From NCBI GenBank assembly GCA_038087875.1, contig CM075996.1, positions 8,248,001-8,312,000 of the forward strand: DNA of 64,000 bases, read 5' to 3'. Origin of the DNA: Malacoraja senta. Its lineage: Eukaryota. The translations under genes and the position numbers were made by a program. Positions 1 through 12,780 of this stretch are shown in pieces. Position 1 is the first letter of the stretch. Each line of letters begins with the position of its first letter. Under the pieces are notes generated by a model. It was not told the origin of the DNA. It saw only the letters and a list, made by a program, of their open reading frames with translations, and made no database searches.

Positions 1-574
1 TAAAATCCCCCCCCTCTGGAAGTCCTCCCGAAAATGTCGCACCTAGGCCGGGTGAGGCAGCCGATCTCGACCTCATTGGGACTTTCGCGGCCGATCGGCG
101 GGTTTAGTTTCCCCCATGCAGCCGGGGTTCTGGAACTCCGAGCAGCCACACAGAGGAGCCGGTGAGAGTGACCGGACACTCTGTACAGAGGGGGTCAAAT
201 CCCTCAGCTACAATATGTAACACCAGCCACTTGGGGGGATAGACTACACTGGTCAGCACCCTCAGGGATGTTAACACAGGTGTCCACCACCGATTTTCCG
301 GCACCCTTAGTTGCACCGAGAGGAATCCAATGGTACCGGAACGGTCGGCTTAGGCCGCGATACCGGCCCGCAAAGTCGGCCTCGGAAGTCGGCTACGGGA
401 ACGGATCTGCCGGGCCGGAGTTCCAGAGCCCCGGCTGCAGGGGGCAAATTAAACCTGCCGATCGGCTGCGGAAGTCCCAATGAGGTTGAGATCGGCCGCC
501 TCACCCGGTCTAGGTGCTACATTTTCGGGGAGACTTCCGGGGGTGGGGGGGAGATTTTATATGCACTCTCATGT

Positions 575-1290
575 AAAGCACACCAACGCCTCTACTTCCA
601 TAGAAGGCTTAAGAAGTTCAGCATGTCCCCAACAGCTCTCACCAACCTCCACAGATGCGTCGGAGAGAGCATTTTATCGGGATGCATCCCAGCTCGGTTT
701 GGGAACAGCTCCATCCAAGGCCGCAGGAAATTGCAGAGAATTGTGGACGCAGCCCAGACCATCACACAAACCAACCTCCCTTCCATTGACTCCCATTTAT
801 ACCTCCCGCTGCCTTGGCAAGGCCAGCAGCGTGAATACGCACATCCCCAGATTCAGGGACAGCAACTGAACCATCCGAACACCAACCAGAGAGCAGTCCT
901 GAGCTACTATCTACATTATTGGTGACCCTCGGACTATCTTTGATCAGACTTTACTGGCTTTATCTTGCACTAAACGTTATTCATGTTATTCCCTTTATCG
1001 TGTATCTTCTTCTCCACTTCTCTTCTTCTTCTTCTTGCGTATGGCGTGCACAGCCGAAAGTTGTAGGACAACTTGTTCTATTTGATCTTATTTGATTGTG
1101 CACGCCAGGTTGATTGCATTCGTCGAAACAGGGCGGACCACATGAAGGTTGCAATCTCCCACCATGTATCTGTACACTGTGGAGGGCTTGATTGTAATCA
1201 TGTATTGTCTTTCCGCTGACTGGTTAGCACGCTGCAAAAGCCTTTCACTGTACCTCGGTACACGTGACAATGAACTAAACTCAAACTCGA
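575..1290 (+). mobile_element. Rex1/Babar-like LINE 3' fragment with an inserted short repeat at ~1015-1160
   Basis: KAHQRLYFHRRLKKF..ESILSGCI..LQRIVDAAQTI; the same 3'UTR recurs at 6445-6650/12783-12905, 17420-17715, 25770-25910, 40245-40350. The 1015-1160 insert recurs inverted at 45362-45494 with a (GAA)n tail. Confidence 0.75.
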
Positions 1291-1911
1291 TGTTGTATGG
1301 TATTGGTCACATGTACAGTGAAAGCAGGTGCCAGACCACCAGTTGCTGCAAGATCAGTGGTGGACCAGTACAAACTTACAATGTAAATGCACCACTTGTG
1401 GGCACTTTGAGCACAAACTCTACACCTCCAACGAGGATTCATGTTAAAGTCTAACATGACCTGTTGGGTTTTCCCCTTAGGAATATATTAATTACGAACC
1501 ACAACAGCCTTAGATACAACAATTATAACCTGTATCTCTGACCTCAGGTAAACCGTTGAGGGTTTAGAAGCTGGAGGAACTCAACGGGTCAGGCTGCATC
1601 TCTGAGAGATCTTCTACAGAAGAAAGGTCTCGACCCGAAACGTCACCTGTTACTTCTCTCCAGAGATGCTGCCTGTCCCACAGAGTTACTCCAGCATTTT
1701 ATGTCTATCTTCGGTGCAAACCAGCATCTGCAGTTCCTTCCTACACATCTCCCCTGGAGTATATCGATGACAGACTGTTGCAGCGGCACCTAGTGGCTGG
1801 GCCACTCTTGCTATGCGATCCCTCGGCAGCCGGGGGTCGGGTCATGTGACTGGGCCATCGCGGGCAGGAGTCACGGGTTATAGGGGTGTGCCCTAGTATA
1901 TAAGAACCGAA

Positions 1912-2385
1912 AATAGACAATAGGTGCAGGAGTAGGCCATTCGACCCTTCAAGCCAGCACCGCCATTCAATGTGATCATGGCTGATCATCCCCAATCAGT
2001 ACCCCGTTCCTGCCTTCTCCCCATATCCCCTGACTCCGCTATCTTTAAGAGCCCTATCTAGCTCTCTCTTGAAAATATCCAGAGAACCGGCCTCCACCGC
2101 CCTCTGAGGCAGAGAATTCCACAGACTCACCACTCCCTGTGAGAAACTCACCACTCTCCGTTCTAAATAGAATACCCCTTATTCTTAAACCGTGGCCCCT
2201 GGTTCTGGGCTCCCCCAACATCGGGAACATGTTTCCTGCCTCTAGCATGTCCAAACCCTTAACAATCTTATATGTTTCATTGATATGCCCTCTCATCCTT
2301 CTAAACTCCAGAGTATACAAGCCCAGCTGCTCCATTCTCTCAGCATATGACAGTCCCGCCATCCCGGGAATTAACCTTGTAAATC
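1912..2385 (-). mobile_element. Short 5'-truncated CR1 fragment, representative of many (also ~13923-14290, 14320-14532, 24370-24620, 26568-27005, 30110-30560, 37585-38180, 39320-39780, 41385-41840, 41866-42325, 49255-50497, 54702-55151)
   Basis: GLSYAERMEQLGLYTLEFRRMRG..TRGH..VNLWNSLPQ motif; (ATTGTCT)n or (GTTTCTAT)n tails. Confidence 0.85.
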
Positions 2386-2789
2386 TTCCGATCTTCCCTC
2401 TCTCGCTCTCTCCCTCTCTCTTCATGAGAGTGTCCTGCCACCTCAGCAGGAGCCCACGAGGCAACAGCCTCTCACTGGCAACATTGAGTATTATGTTAGA
2501 GTGCTAAACGTGCATGTATATCTAACCTACAATGCCTGAATAAAGAAACCACTTACTCACCGCGTTTGTGCCTCTACACTGTAACATTTCCTTCAGGAAT
2601 ATCAATGACAAACTGTACCACCTCGCTCAGGCGTATCGATTCCAGACTCCAACCCCCCTCGCATGTGTTAATCGCACCGTGCAGTCATGCAGCGTGCAGG
2701 CAGCGCCCGTGGTCAGGATCGAGCCGGGGTCTCCGGCGCTGTGAGGCAGCGACTCGACCGCTGCGCCACGGCGCCGCTCGGTGACTCAC

Positions 2790-2864
2790 CTGCTCGGTTG
2801 CAGAAGGCTTGCGTGTCTTCCCACTGTGAGCCTTGGCCAAGGACGATTTACACCGGGAACAGGT
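2790..2864 (-). CDS. Ig-superfamily receptor exon 4, cytoplasmic (TCSRCKSSLAKAHSGKTRKPSATEQ)
   Basis: ttctctgtatttcag| acceptor, CAG|gtgagt donor, 75 nt, phase 0-0, open frame; unique sequence between SINEs. Confidence 0.7.
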
Positions 2865-4079
2865 CTGAAATACAGAGAACATGGACCTGACGACCGGGGG
2901 AGCGATGACCGGACCACCGCTCTCCCCGCCCGACAGCAGTGTTTTAGAGAGACAGCGTGGAGACAGGCCCTTCGGCCCACCGGGTCCACGCCGTCCAGCG
3001 ATCACCCATTCACACCAGAACTATCCTGCGCAATAGGGACAAGTTAAACAAGCCAATTAGCCCACAAACCTGCACGCCTTTGGAATGTGGCAGGAAACCG
3101 GAGCTCCCGGAGAAAACCCACGCAGGCCACAGGGAGAACGTGCAAACTCCGTACAGACAGCCCCCGTAGTCAGGATCGAACCCGAGTCTCTGGCGCTGTG
3201 AGGCAGCAACTCTACCGCTGCCACCCTCTGGGCTAGTGTGTTCCAAAGATCCATGCCTGTCTCAGAGGAGAAGTCTGTCCACAGGGTAGACAGTCAGAAC
3301 CTTTCTCCCAGGGTGGAAACGTCAAAGTCTAGCGGACATGAGAGGGACAAGTTTGGAACACGTTTCCAGGTCTGGTGGAGGAGGCTGCTGCAATGGTGGT
3401 GTTTGAGGGGCTTTAAGATAGGCACATGGATATGCTGGGAATGGAGGGAAAAGGATCACACGAAGGCAGAGATTAGTTTAACTTGGCATTACGTTCAACA
3501 TTGTGGGCCGAAGGGCACTTCTACTGTGCAGCACACATTTTAGTTTCTTTAAAGTTTAGAGATGCAGCGTGGAAACAGGCCCTTCGGCCCACCGAGTCCG
3601 TACCGACCAGTGATCCCCGCACATTAACTCTACCCTACACACACTAAGGACAATTTTACATTTACACCAAGCCGATTCACCTACAAACACTGTACGTCTT
3701 TGGAGTGTGGGAGGAAACCAAAGATCTCGGAGAAAACCCACGCAGGTCACGGGGAGAACGTGCAAACTCCGTACAGACAGCACCCATAGTCGGGATCGAA
3801 CCCGGGTGTCTGGCACTGTGAGCGCTGTAAAGCGGCAACTTTACCGCTGCGCCACCGTGCCCATTCTATGGATGACCCCTTTATTCTGTAACTGCCCTGT
3901 GGTTCCCATGGAAACCCCCTCCCCGCCCGTCTCTCTGCCCCTGAGATCGGCCCACACCGGCCGGGCCGAACACGGCGATGTTAAACTACTCATTGAGTGA
4001 CTGGTTGGAGCTGTGTCACACAGGGTGGGGGCTGTGGGTCAGTGCGGGGCAGTCCGGCCCTTCATCCCTGGGGAATCCC

Positions 4080-4520
4080 TCCCCCCCCCCCCCCGTCATG
4101 GGACCACTCCCCCCCTCCATCACTGGATCATTCTCTCCTCCATCACTGGACCACTCCATCCTCCGCCACTGGACCACTCCCCTCTCTGTCACTGGCCCAT
4201 TCCCCCTCCATCACGAGACCACTCCCCCCTCCGTCACTGGCCCACTCCCCCCTCTGTCACTGTCCCACTCCCCCCTCCGTCATGGGACCACTCCCCCTCC
4301 ATCACTGGCCCACCTTGTCCCTCCATCACTGGACCACTCCCCCCTCCATCACTGGCCCACTCCCCCTCCATCACTGGCCCACCTTGTCCCTCCATCACTT
4401 GACCACTCCCCCCTCTGTCACTGTCCCACTCCCCCCTCTGTCATGGGACCACTCCCCCTCCATCACTGGCCCATCTTGTCCCTCCATCACTGGACCACTC
4501 CCCCCTCCATCACTGGGCCA
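4080..4520. repeat. C-rich minisatellite (~20-23 bp unit ccatcactggaccactcccccct)
   Basis: About 20 degenerate tandem units. Confidence 0.9.
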
Positions 4521-4589
4521 CCTCGTCCCTCCACCATGGTGGTTCCCCCCCCCCCCGCAGTGGGCGCCGTGCCCCCCCGTGCCACCCAC

Positions 4590-4699
4590 CTTTCTCCGGA
4601 TGCAGACGGCCGTGGTGAGGCAGAGACAGTAGGCGGCCAGCGCGGAGCAGGCGGCCAGAAGGGCAACGGTCTGTGTGTTGTCTGCTGGCTTCTCGCCCA
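4590..4699 (-). CDS. Ig-superfamily receptor exon 3, short stalk plus transmembrane helix (LGEKPADNTQTVALLAACSALAAYCLCLTTAVCIRRK)
   Basis: tttccgtttgtag| acceptor, AAG|gtgggt donor, phase 1 to 0; ~23 hydrophobic residues followed by an RRK stop-transfer; YxxxxT motif. Confidence 0.78.
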
Positions 4700-5365
4700 C
4701 TACAAACGGAAAGCAGACGCTGAAAACCCGAGATAAACACTCGGCAGGTCAAACAGCACCCGCGTGAACAGCTCAAACACACTGCGCCAGGTGACCTGAA
4801 ACCTCATCTGTTCCTCCCTCCAGCCGCTGCCTGGCCTGCTGAATATTTCCTGCATTTACTGCTGGCTCCCTGATCAAAAACAGTTCCCAGCCCAACAATG
4901 ATCCAATCTCGAACAAAACACAAAGTGCTGGAGGAACTCAACATGTCAGGCAGCATCCGTGGAGGGGAATGGACAGGCGGCGTTTCGGGTCGGGACCCAA
5001 CTTCAGATCCGCTCCCCCCACCCCAACGCCCAGTTCCTTTCTCCCCCTTCTCACCCACTCCACCGCACCCTAGGTCCCCTATTTTCCTTCCCCATGCCAC
5101 TTCCACCCACCATCCCTCCCTCTGGTTCCACGCTTCACTCGCCACCTTCCTGCCTCATCCTGACTCCATCATCTGAAGACAGACACAAAGTGCTGGAGTA
5201 ACTCAGCGGGTCAGGCAGCATCTCTGGAGAACATGAATGGGTGATGTTTCGGGTCAGCACCCTTCCACCTGCATCCATTCCACAACTGCATCCTTTTGTC
5301 TTCTCCAGTCATCACCCTGGGTGGTCATTCTCCCCACCCTCCTCTCCCCCATCCCCTCCCTCTTC

Positions 5366-6440
5366 TCAAGTCAAGTCAAGTCAAGTCAAGTCAAGAGAGT
5401 TTATTGTCATGTGTCCCAGATAGGACAATGAAATTCTTGCTTTGCTGCAGCACAACAGAATATTGTAGGCATAAATACAGAACAGATCAGTGTGTCCATA
5501 TACCATAGACCGTATATACACACACACACATAAATAAACAGATAAAGTGCAATAGGCTGTTATAGTTCAGAGTTTGTTTGAAGTTGTGTTTAATAGCCTG
5601 ATGGCTGTGGGGAAGTAGCTATTCCTGAACCTGGATGTTGCAGATTTCAGGCTCCTTTACCTTCTACCTGATGGCAGTGGAGAGATGAGTGTGTGGCCAA
5701 GGTGGTGTGGGTCCTTGATGATACTGCCAGCCTTTTTGAGGCAGCGACTGCGATAGATCCCCTCGATGGTAGGGAGGTCAGAGCCGATGATGGACTGGGC
5801 AGTGTTTACTACTTTTTGTCGTCTTTTCCTCTCCAGGGCGCTCAAGTTGCCGAACCAAGCCACGATGCAACCGGTCAGCATGCTCTCTACTGTGCACCTG
5901 TAGAAGTTAGAGAGAGTCCTCCTCGACACACCGACTCTCCGTAATCTTCTCAGGAAGTAGAGGCGCTGATGTGCTTTCTTTATAATTGCATCAGTGTTCT
6001 CGGACCAGGAGAGATCTTCGGAAATATGCACGCCCAGGAATTTGAAGCTCTTGACCCTTTCCACCATCGACCCGTTGATATAAACGGGACTGTGGGTCCC
6101 CATCCTACCCCTTCCAAATTCCACAATCAGTCCCTTGGTTTTGCTGGTGTTGAGGGCCAGGGTATTGTGCTGGCACCATTTGGTCAATCGGTCGATCTCA
6201 CTTCTATACTCTGACTCGTCCCCGTCCCACAACAGTGGTGTCATCGGTGAACTTGAGTTCGCACTATGACCGGCTACGCAGTCATGAGTATAGAGTGAGT
6301 ACAGCAGGGGGCTGAGCACGCAGCCTTGAGGTGCTCCCGTGCTGATTGTTCTCGAGGCTGCCACATTTCCACCAATACGGACAGACTGTGGTCTATGAAT
6401 GAGGAAGTCGAGGATCCAATTGCAGAGGGATGCGCAGAGA
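5366..6440 (-). mobile_element. Rex1/Babar-clade LINE 3' fragment (RT C-terminus, 3'UTR, (CTTGA)n tail)
   Basis: LCNWILDFL..RPQSVRIG..STGAPQGCVLSPLLYSLYTHDC..KKAHQRLYFLRRLR; (tcaag)n at 5366-5395. Confidence 0.88.
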
Positions 6441-6669
6441 CCCCCTCTCCCATCAGGCAAAAGGTACAGAAGTGTGAAAAGGCACACCTCCAGATTCAGG
6501 GAAAGTTTCATCCCAGCTGTTATCTGGCAACTGAATCATCCTGCCACAACTAGAGAGCGGTGCTGCGCTATCATCCACCTCATTGGAGACCCTCGGACTA
6601 TCCTTGATCAGGCTTCACTGGCTTTATCTTGCACTAAACGTTATTCCAGTTACCATGGTGGTGTGGTGT

Positions 6670-7477
6670 GGCGGCACCTAACGGCAGCGGCTCGACTGCA
6701 GTCCGTCTGTCTTTTTTTTAATTTTTGTTTTTGTCTCGTTAAATGTATGTGTTGATTCTAGTTTTTATTATTTTTCTTTAGCTGTGTATATGTGGGGGGG
6801 GGGGGGTGGGGGAAACCGTTTAATCTCTTCCCTGTACAGGGGACCCGACTTTTTCCCTGTTGGGTCTCCGATGTCATTGGGCCTAACATCGTGGAGCCGG
6901 CGGCGGCCTCCGGCCAGAACCAACCTGGGGGCTCCAGTCGCGGAGCCTGCGGACTCGCCATCGCGGAGCTGGCCGACTTCGGAACGGGGAGAGTTGTGGT
7001 GGCGCGCGGCTGCGACCCGACTTCGGAGCTTCAGAGGCTCCGGCCGCAGGCCCAGTGGACAGGAACATCGGGAGCTCGCAGGTCCCTGGTGGGAGACCGC
7101 TTTTCGGAGTTCCCGCAACGGCAACTTCTCCCGCCGGAATCGCAGGGTTTAAAGGACACTGAGCGGGGCCTAACATCGCCCGGCGCGGCTTAACGGCCGC
7201 AGGACTTACCATCGCCCGCCGGGGGCTTTAACATCGTGAGCCCCAGTCGCCTTGACGTTGCAGTTGGACTGCTGGACCGCGGGAGAAGAACAAAGGGAAG
7301 AGATAAGACTTTTGCCGTCCATCACAGTGAGGAGGTGTTGGAGATTCACTGTGATGGATGTTTGTGTAAATTGTGTTAAGTGTGTGTCTTGTTTTTTTTT
7401 GTAATGTTAAGACTAGAAAATGCAATTTCGTTCAAACCAAGCTGTTTGAATGACAACAAAAGGCATTCTATTCTATT
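6670..7477 (+). mobile_element. GC-rich non-autonomous retroelement family (copies ~21180-21720, 23690-24365, 53160-53825)
   Basis: Internal aacatcg(c/t)ggag subrepeats, shared 3' end ccatcacagtg..gatgttt..tgacaa(c/t)aaa plus simple-repeat tail; no coding motif seen. Confidence 0.6.
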
Positions 7478-10400
7478 TTACTTCGGAGTCACGTGAGTGA
7501 CTACGTGAAGAGCCCGCCAGCCGTATGCGCGAACAGTGACCGGCTGGGCAGGTGCACAGCTCCTCCACCGGCAGGGGCGGAAAACCCGGGGGGGCCAGAG
7601 GGGACACGTCCCCTCCATGTTTTGAGAGGTGGGGGACATCCCCCTCAAGTGTTTGTGATCCGTATTTTAAAACCCGGTGAAATCTCCGCTTTCCGCGAGA
7701 CAGTGGGGGTGGGACTGCTGATCGATGGCGCCGATTGGACGAGAGAGACGTCGGTCAGCAGGCAATGGGGGCGGGACATGATTCAGCGCGATGATTGGAG
7801 GAGGGAGGAGTGGGGGGGTGGTGGGCCTAAGTATAGAGTGCGGTGATTGGAGGAGGGAGACGTGGCACAGACCTGCGCTTCATCCGCAGCCAGGATCGAT
7901 CCCGGACGGCTCTCCGGCGCTGTCCCTGTCCCCACCCGATTGCCCCCCACCCTCCCCCCGTGGGTGGCCAGAGAGGTCGGCAGCAAAGATCCTCCGCTAT
8001 AGGATCTTTGGTCGGGAATCAGACGGGCCAGCGCAGAGAAACAGCGCTAAACCCAGCTAACTCTGCCTGTCCCGCCAGGTGAGCCTACAACCTTCCTGGA
8101 CTTGCGGGAAATATGGTCAGCGCGGAGAAGCAGCGCTGGTGTCCCGTCAGTCCAGGCAGGGCTGTAGTTAACCCGGTGAGACAGGCAGAGTTGAGCTGCA
8201 TTTAGTGCTGGATTGAGCCTCCGAAGCCTCGCGTGTGTGAGTGTGCTCATGCGCGCGTGGCCGCCCAAAGAATGGTGTCCCCCGTCCCCTCTTGTCCACC
8301 GGTAAGTTCTAAAAGCCTACAGGTAAGTTTTAAACTTACTTTTTAGGTTGTCCTTTGTTCCAGGAAACTCTTCTCGTAGAGGGATGCGCAGAGACCCCCT
8401 CTCCCATCAGGCAAAAGGTACAGAAGTGTGAAAAGGCACACCTCCAGATTCAGGGAAAGTTTCATCCCAGCTGTTATCTAGCAACTGAATCATCCTGCCA
8501 CAACTAGAGAGCGGTGCTGCGCTATCATCCACCTCATTGGTGACCTTCGTTTAATCTCTTCCCTGTACGGAGACCCGACTTTTTCCCTGTTGGGTCTCCG
8601 ATGTCGTTGGGCCTAACATCGTGGAGCCGGCGGCGGCCTCCGGCCAGAACCAACCTGAGGGCTCCAGTCGCGGAGCCTGCGGACTCGCCATCGCGGTGTT
8701 GGCCGACTTCGGAACGGGGAGAGCTGTGGTGGCGCCCGGCTGCGACCCGACTTCGGAGCTTCAGAGGCTCCGGCCGCAGGCCCAGTGGACAGGAACATCG
8801 GGAGCTCGCAGGTCCCTGGTGGGAGGCCGCTTTTCGGAGCTCCCGCAACGGCAACTTCTCCCGCCGGAATCGCGGGGTTTAAAGGACACTGAGCGGGGCT
8901 TAACATCGCCCCGCGCGGTTTCTCAGCAACCCGGTCCGACCGCGGGGAAGCCTATTGGACCGCGGGGGTGCCGGCTACGGACCGCGGTATCATGCCGGGT
9001 AGCGGGAGGCCGTTGAAGGTTGCTGTTGGAGTCGCTGACAGTCCGGTGGATTTTATTTCGGGCCGTCGGGTCCGCATCCCGACTCGCTGACACTGCAGTG
9101 CGGTGAGCGAGTCACAAGAGTTTCAAATTTGGGCCGCGGGGTGGACCGCGGGTTATGCCGGCTACAGTTCACGGGAGAGTGTAGCCGGTGGCCTTCGGGT
9201 TACTACCCGACTCGCTGACAGTACGGTCGGCGACCACGGCCTCGGCAGCTCGTAGGAGGGCAACGTTGCAGAGGCAGAGAGGCTTGGGCTGGACGAGGCC
9301 GGCCACGAGGTTTCCCTTCCGTTATTCGCTGACCAGAGTTCTCCTCACGTTACTAATGACTTCATCACCCTTACGTTTCCTATGGCAGTTGTTTGCCAGG
9401 GAACTGATTCTGTGGGCAAAGGTTTCAGACCTAGGGCCAAGCTGGCCTTCAGGGAAATTATACTATTCACGCAACTCGGCAGTTCTACCCTCATAATCAA
9501 GAATGGGAATGGGACCTACATCAGGGGCCTTTGGGCTTACCTCAAGACCACCAGTATCTATGCAGGTAAGTGAGTCTGGGCTCCATAACATGGGTTCTGT
9601 GGTCCAGTTATAGTGTATTCTGCTAAGTATGGCTATACAGGGTGGTCATTTATTTAGTTGCCGCTAGGTCACGGAGTGACTATCATACCTAGAGAGAATT
9701 TAGTTTCACTTACACCAACAAATTGTGTAGTAGAATCCGACCTGCCATGGTGGTCTTAATCACTGGCTTGGAAAGCCTTGTTGAGCTTTAATTATTAGTC
9801 ACCTGTGCGAGCTTTACATGGCAGGTTTGTGTTCCAGCATTTCCCCCACTATGTCTGACGTATGTGGGGCCAGAGGCGCTCCAGTCCTTCTCTGTATACT
9901 GCGATGGCATCAGAAAGGAGCAGGATTCGGAGTCACTAGCACGTGCAGCCTGTTTGGGGAATGAGATACCAACAGAGCATTGATTTGCACAGCTAGTCCT
10001 GGCGGCTGCTGAAGAAAGCAACCAGACAAACCCAACTCAGAGTGAGTGCCAAGGCTTGGGCATCTATGTCAGACGAGATTGCGATTCGTCGCAGTCAAAG
10101 AACGCTCCATCTAAAGGCATGTCAGGCAGCAGCCACTGGTTCAGGGTTGCAAGTTCCTCCCACAAAGGACGGAGGTGTAAAGAGAGTGATACAGGAGTAT
10201 GCACATGTGCCTGAAGCAACGCCTGGTTCAGGGTTGCCATTCCTCCCACTCGGTTGAGCGCAGTGATGGAGATGGTGCTAAAATACATGCACCTATGCCT
10301 AAGGCAGCCCTGGTTCCGGGCATAAGTCCTCCCATTCGGATGAAAAAAGGATGAAGACGGAGCCATATATATTATAAGACCATGGGAGATGGAGTCGCAA

Positions 10401-12780
10401 GCAGACAGATGGTGACAACTGATTCAGGTGAAATTACTTCCACTCTAAAAGAGTGTCTAAGGTTAGTATGGATTGACTCCAAACAGGAACTGAATATGAC
10501 TGTGCGGGGGTCCCATGCTTAATGCATAATGCACGACGGTCGCATGAGGGAAAATGGAGCTTTGCCTCTACAATTGCTGCTCCGTCGGTTACGGACTAGC
10601 CACTACAAGAGAAGTTGGCCAGCAGCATCAGCGATAGAGTCTGCTAATGAAATTTCTCTGGAACTCCAGTAAAGGTAACGGACCTGGAGAGAGACGCTGG
10701 TAAGTAGGTCTCGTTATTTACCTCCATGGAAGTCACTATGGTGGACGAACAGTATTCAGCATTGCTCCACTAACTTTTCGTCAGCAAACCTTCAGTTATA
10801 TTACAAACAGATGCGAGGGCTTAAAGATGTGGTTATTAATACCATCTCTACTTACGGAGGTGATGGGATTTGCATGAATTACCTATTCTTCAGTTCTATG
10901 GTATCGGCTACCTTTAGACACTAGGTGCATGCTATGGGTTAAGGGTTGTGCGAATATGCATAATCAGCATGTTCTAGTCCAAGTTCGTACGCTTTGGTGG
11001 TGTCATAGGTTAATCACTTGGGTGCAATCAAGTCAAAGTAGCCAGGGGTGGTTTACCTAACCTCTTTTGGCACGAGAGTAGCATCATGTCAATCAATGTC
11101 AAAACAGAATGGATGATGGATCACTAGTATTTTAATGACTTGATGACTTATGGAACACTAGATCGAGACGTTGCATCCATGCTCAATTACCAGTAGAAAT
11201 ATATTTTATAGATATAGGTGGCATGGCAGTGGCAATAGATGTACTCTCGCTACTCTGGGGATGTTTGTCTTCCTCCATTTTGCCTTGTTAGTTGGGTCTT
11301 GCTAATATTCAGTAAATCCCACTTCAGGCATTTTGTAGTGACTGTCCTATGCAGCCATGGTTCCCGCTGATGTTGGGAATCATATAAGAACCTTATATGG
11401 TTAGTCTAACATAGTATTGCTGGTTCAGCCCGTGACTCGGGTAACCATCCTATGCATGACAATCAATTCGTTGACATATATACGGCACGGGATAACTGAT
11501 GACTGGGAGTTCATTTTCATATGGGTCTTTGACATAATCAGTTATAGTACCATTATCTGTGCCAAATGTGCCTTCGCATCATATTCTGCTAGAAGCGGGA
11601 CCCACTAGGTTGGGTCTCACCCGCTGATATCCAGATTCATGAAGGGTATCTTCAACAAACCTCTCGGGTTCAGACATGCAGAGATATGGGATGTTAACAT
11701 TGTGCTGACGCCGCTTCGCCGGTGGGCTCCGGTTTCATCCCTGTCCTTGGTCAAAATCACTTAAAATTGGTTATGCTCATGGCACTGGTTCAGCGCAAGG
11801 GTCCAGTCATTGCATAGCGTGACTGGTCAGCATGGTTACAGCTGCAGGCAAATAACTATTTATGTTTATGGCTTCAAGCAGAGTAGACCAGGGGCATCAG
11901 GTCTCTAACTACATTTTGGGCATACCCCCAGGTCCAGTTATGTGTGGTCATCTACTACTATACGTTAGGTCACTTAGAGCCTTAGGGGCACTGATCTAGC
12001 GATGTTTGTCAGTTACATAAACCTCATAAAAGGTATCAGTATAGACCATCTCCAGGTTGGTAAGCGGGTTCCTGGCTTATGCAGGAGTGACTCTGACATT
12101 TTATGTCACTCCACCACGGCTGGAACAGTTTCAGCGGTAGGGGTATGGACGTTTTGCGGTACCACATCCTGGTGTCTGTAGGGTGGTCAAACGAACGATC
12201 TTTCAATACATTTGTACAAACCCATTGCCAGACCGGGGGTATTTGCCAACTCTATGTTAGTTCTGTCTATAGTTCCTCCCGGATGACAAAGGTTACTATT
12301 GTTTATTGGTTCATAAAAGAGCATCAGCATGTCTACATATATGTCATGTCTGAATGCATGATTATGTTTTACTCATCCTTGGTCAATGGATGCAGTGTGT
12401 GACGCATGGACTCGTTCCACGGCATGAAGTCACAGAGCTTTAAAATCTTCACGTAGTCACTCACGTGACTCCGAAGTAAAATAGTAAGATTAAACGAGAA
12501 CTTACCAGTTTGAAGTTTGATCTTTATTTTATGAGGAGTAACGATGAGGGATTACGTGCCCTCCGCTTCCCAACCCCTCCTCATAAAACTCAGCTGGTAG
12601 TTCTAGTTTCTCGAATCTTACTATTCTCAGGTCAATGTTTCCTGTCTGTGACTTCACACCGCTGCTTTGAAGATTGACGCGCATGCGGTTGGCGGGTTCT
12701 TCACGTAATCCCTCATCGTTACTCCTCATAAAATAAAGATCGAACTTCAAACTGGTAAGTTCTCATTTAATCTTACTATT
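7475..12780 (+). mobile_element. DIRS1-type tyrosine-recombinase retrotransposon, coding region decayed, termini intact
   Basis: Left end (7473-7531) is inverted to the right ITR (~12679-12707). The internal complementary region 12446-12558 is complementary to both the left end and the right extension (12702-12780). Remnants of RNase H (LQTDA, ~10801), methyltransferase-like PPF (~11270) and YR (HPLISRFMKGIFN..WDVNIVL ~11618-11710; HST..GWSNERSF ~12108-12205). ATT present at both junctions. Confidence 0.88.

Noticed and set aside
4080..4520. CRISPR-like array
   Set aside because: Contiguous degenerate units without unique spacers; eukaryotic context.
3978..4736. Long Pro/His-rich ORFs on the + strand
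   Set aside because: Translations of the C-rich minisatellite.
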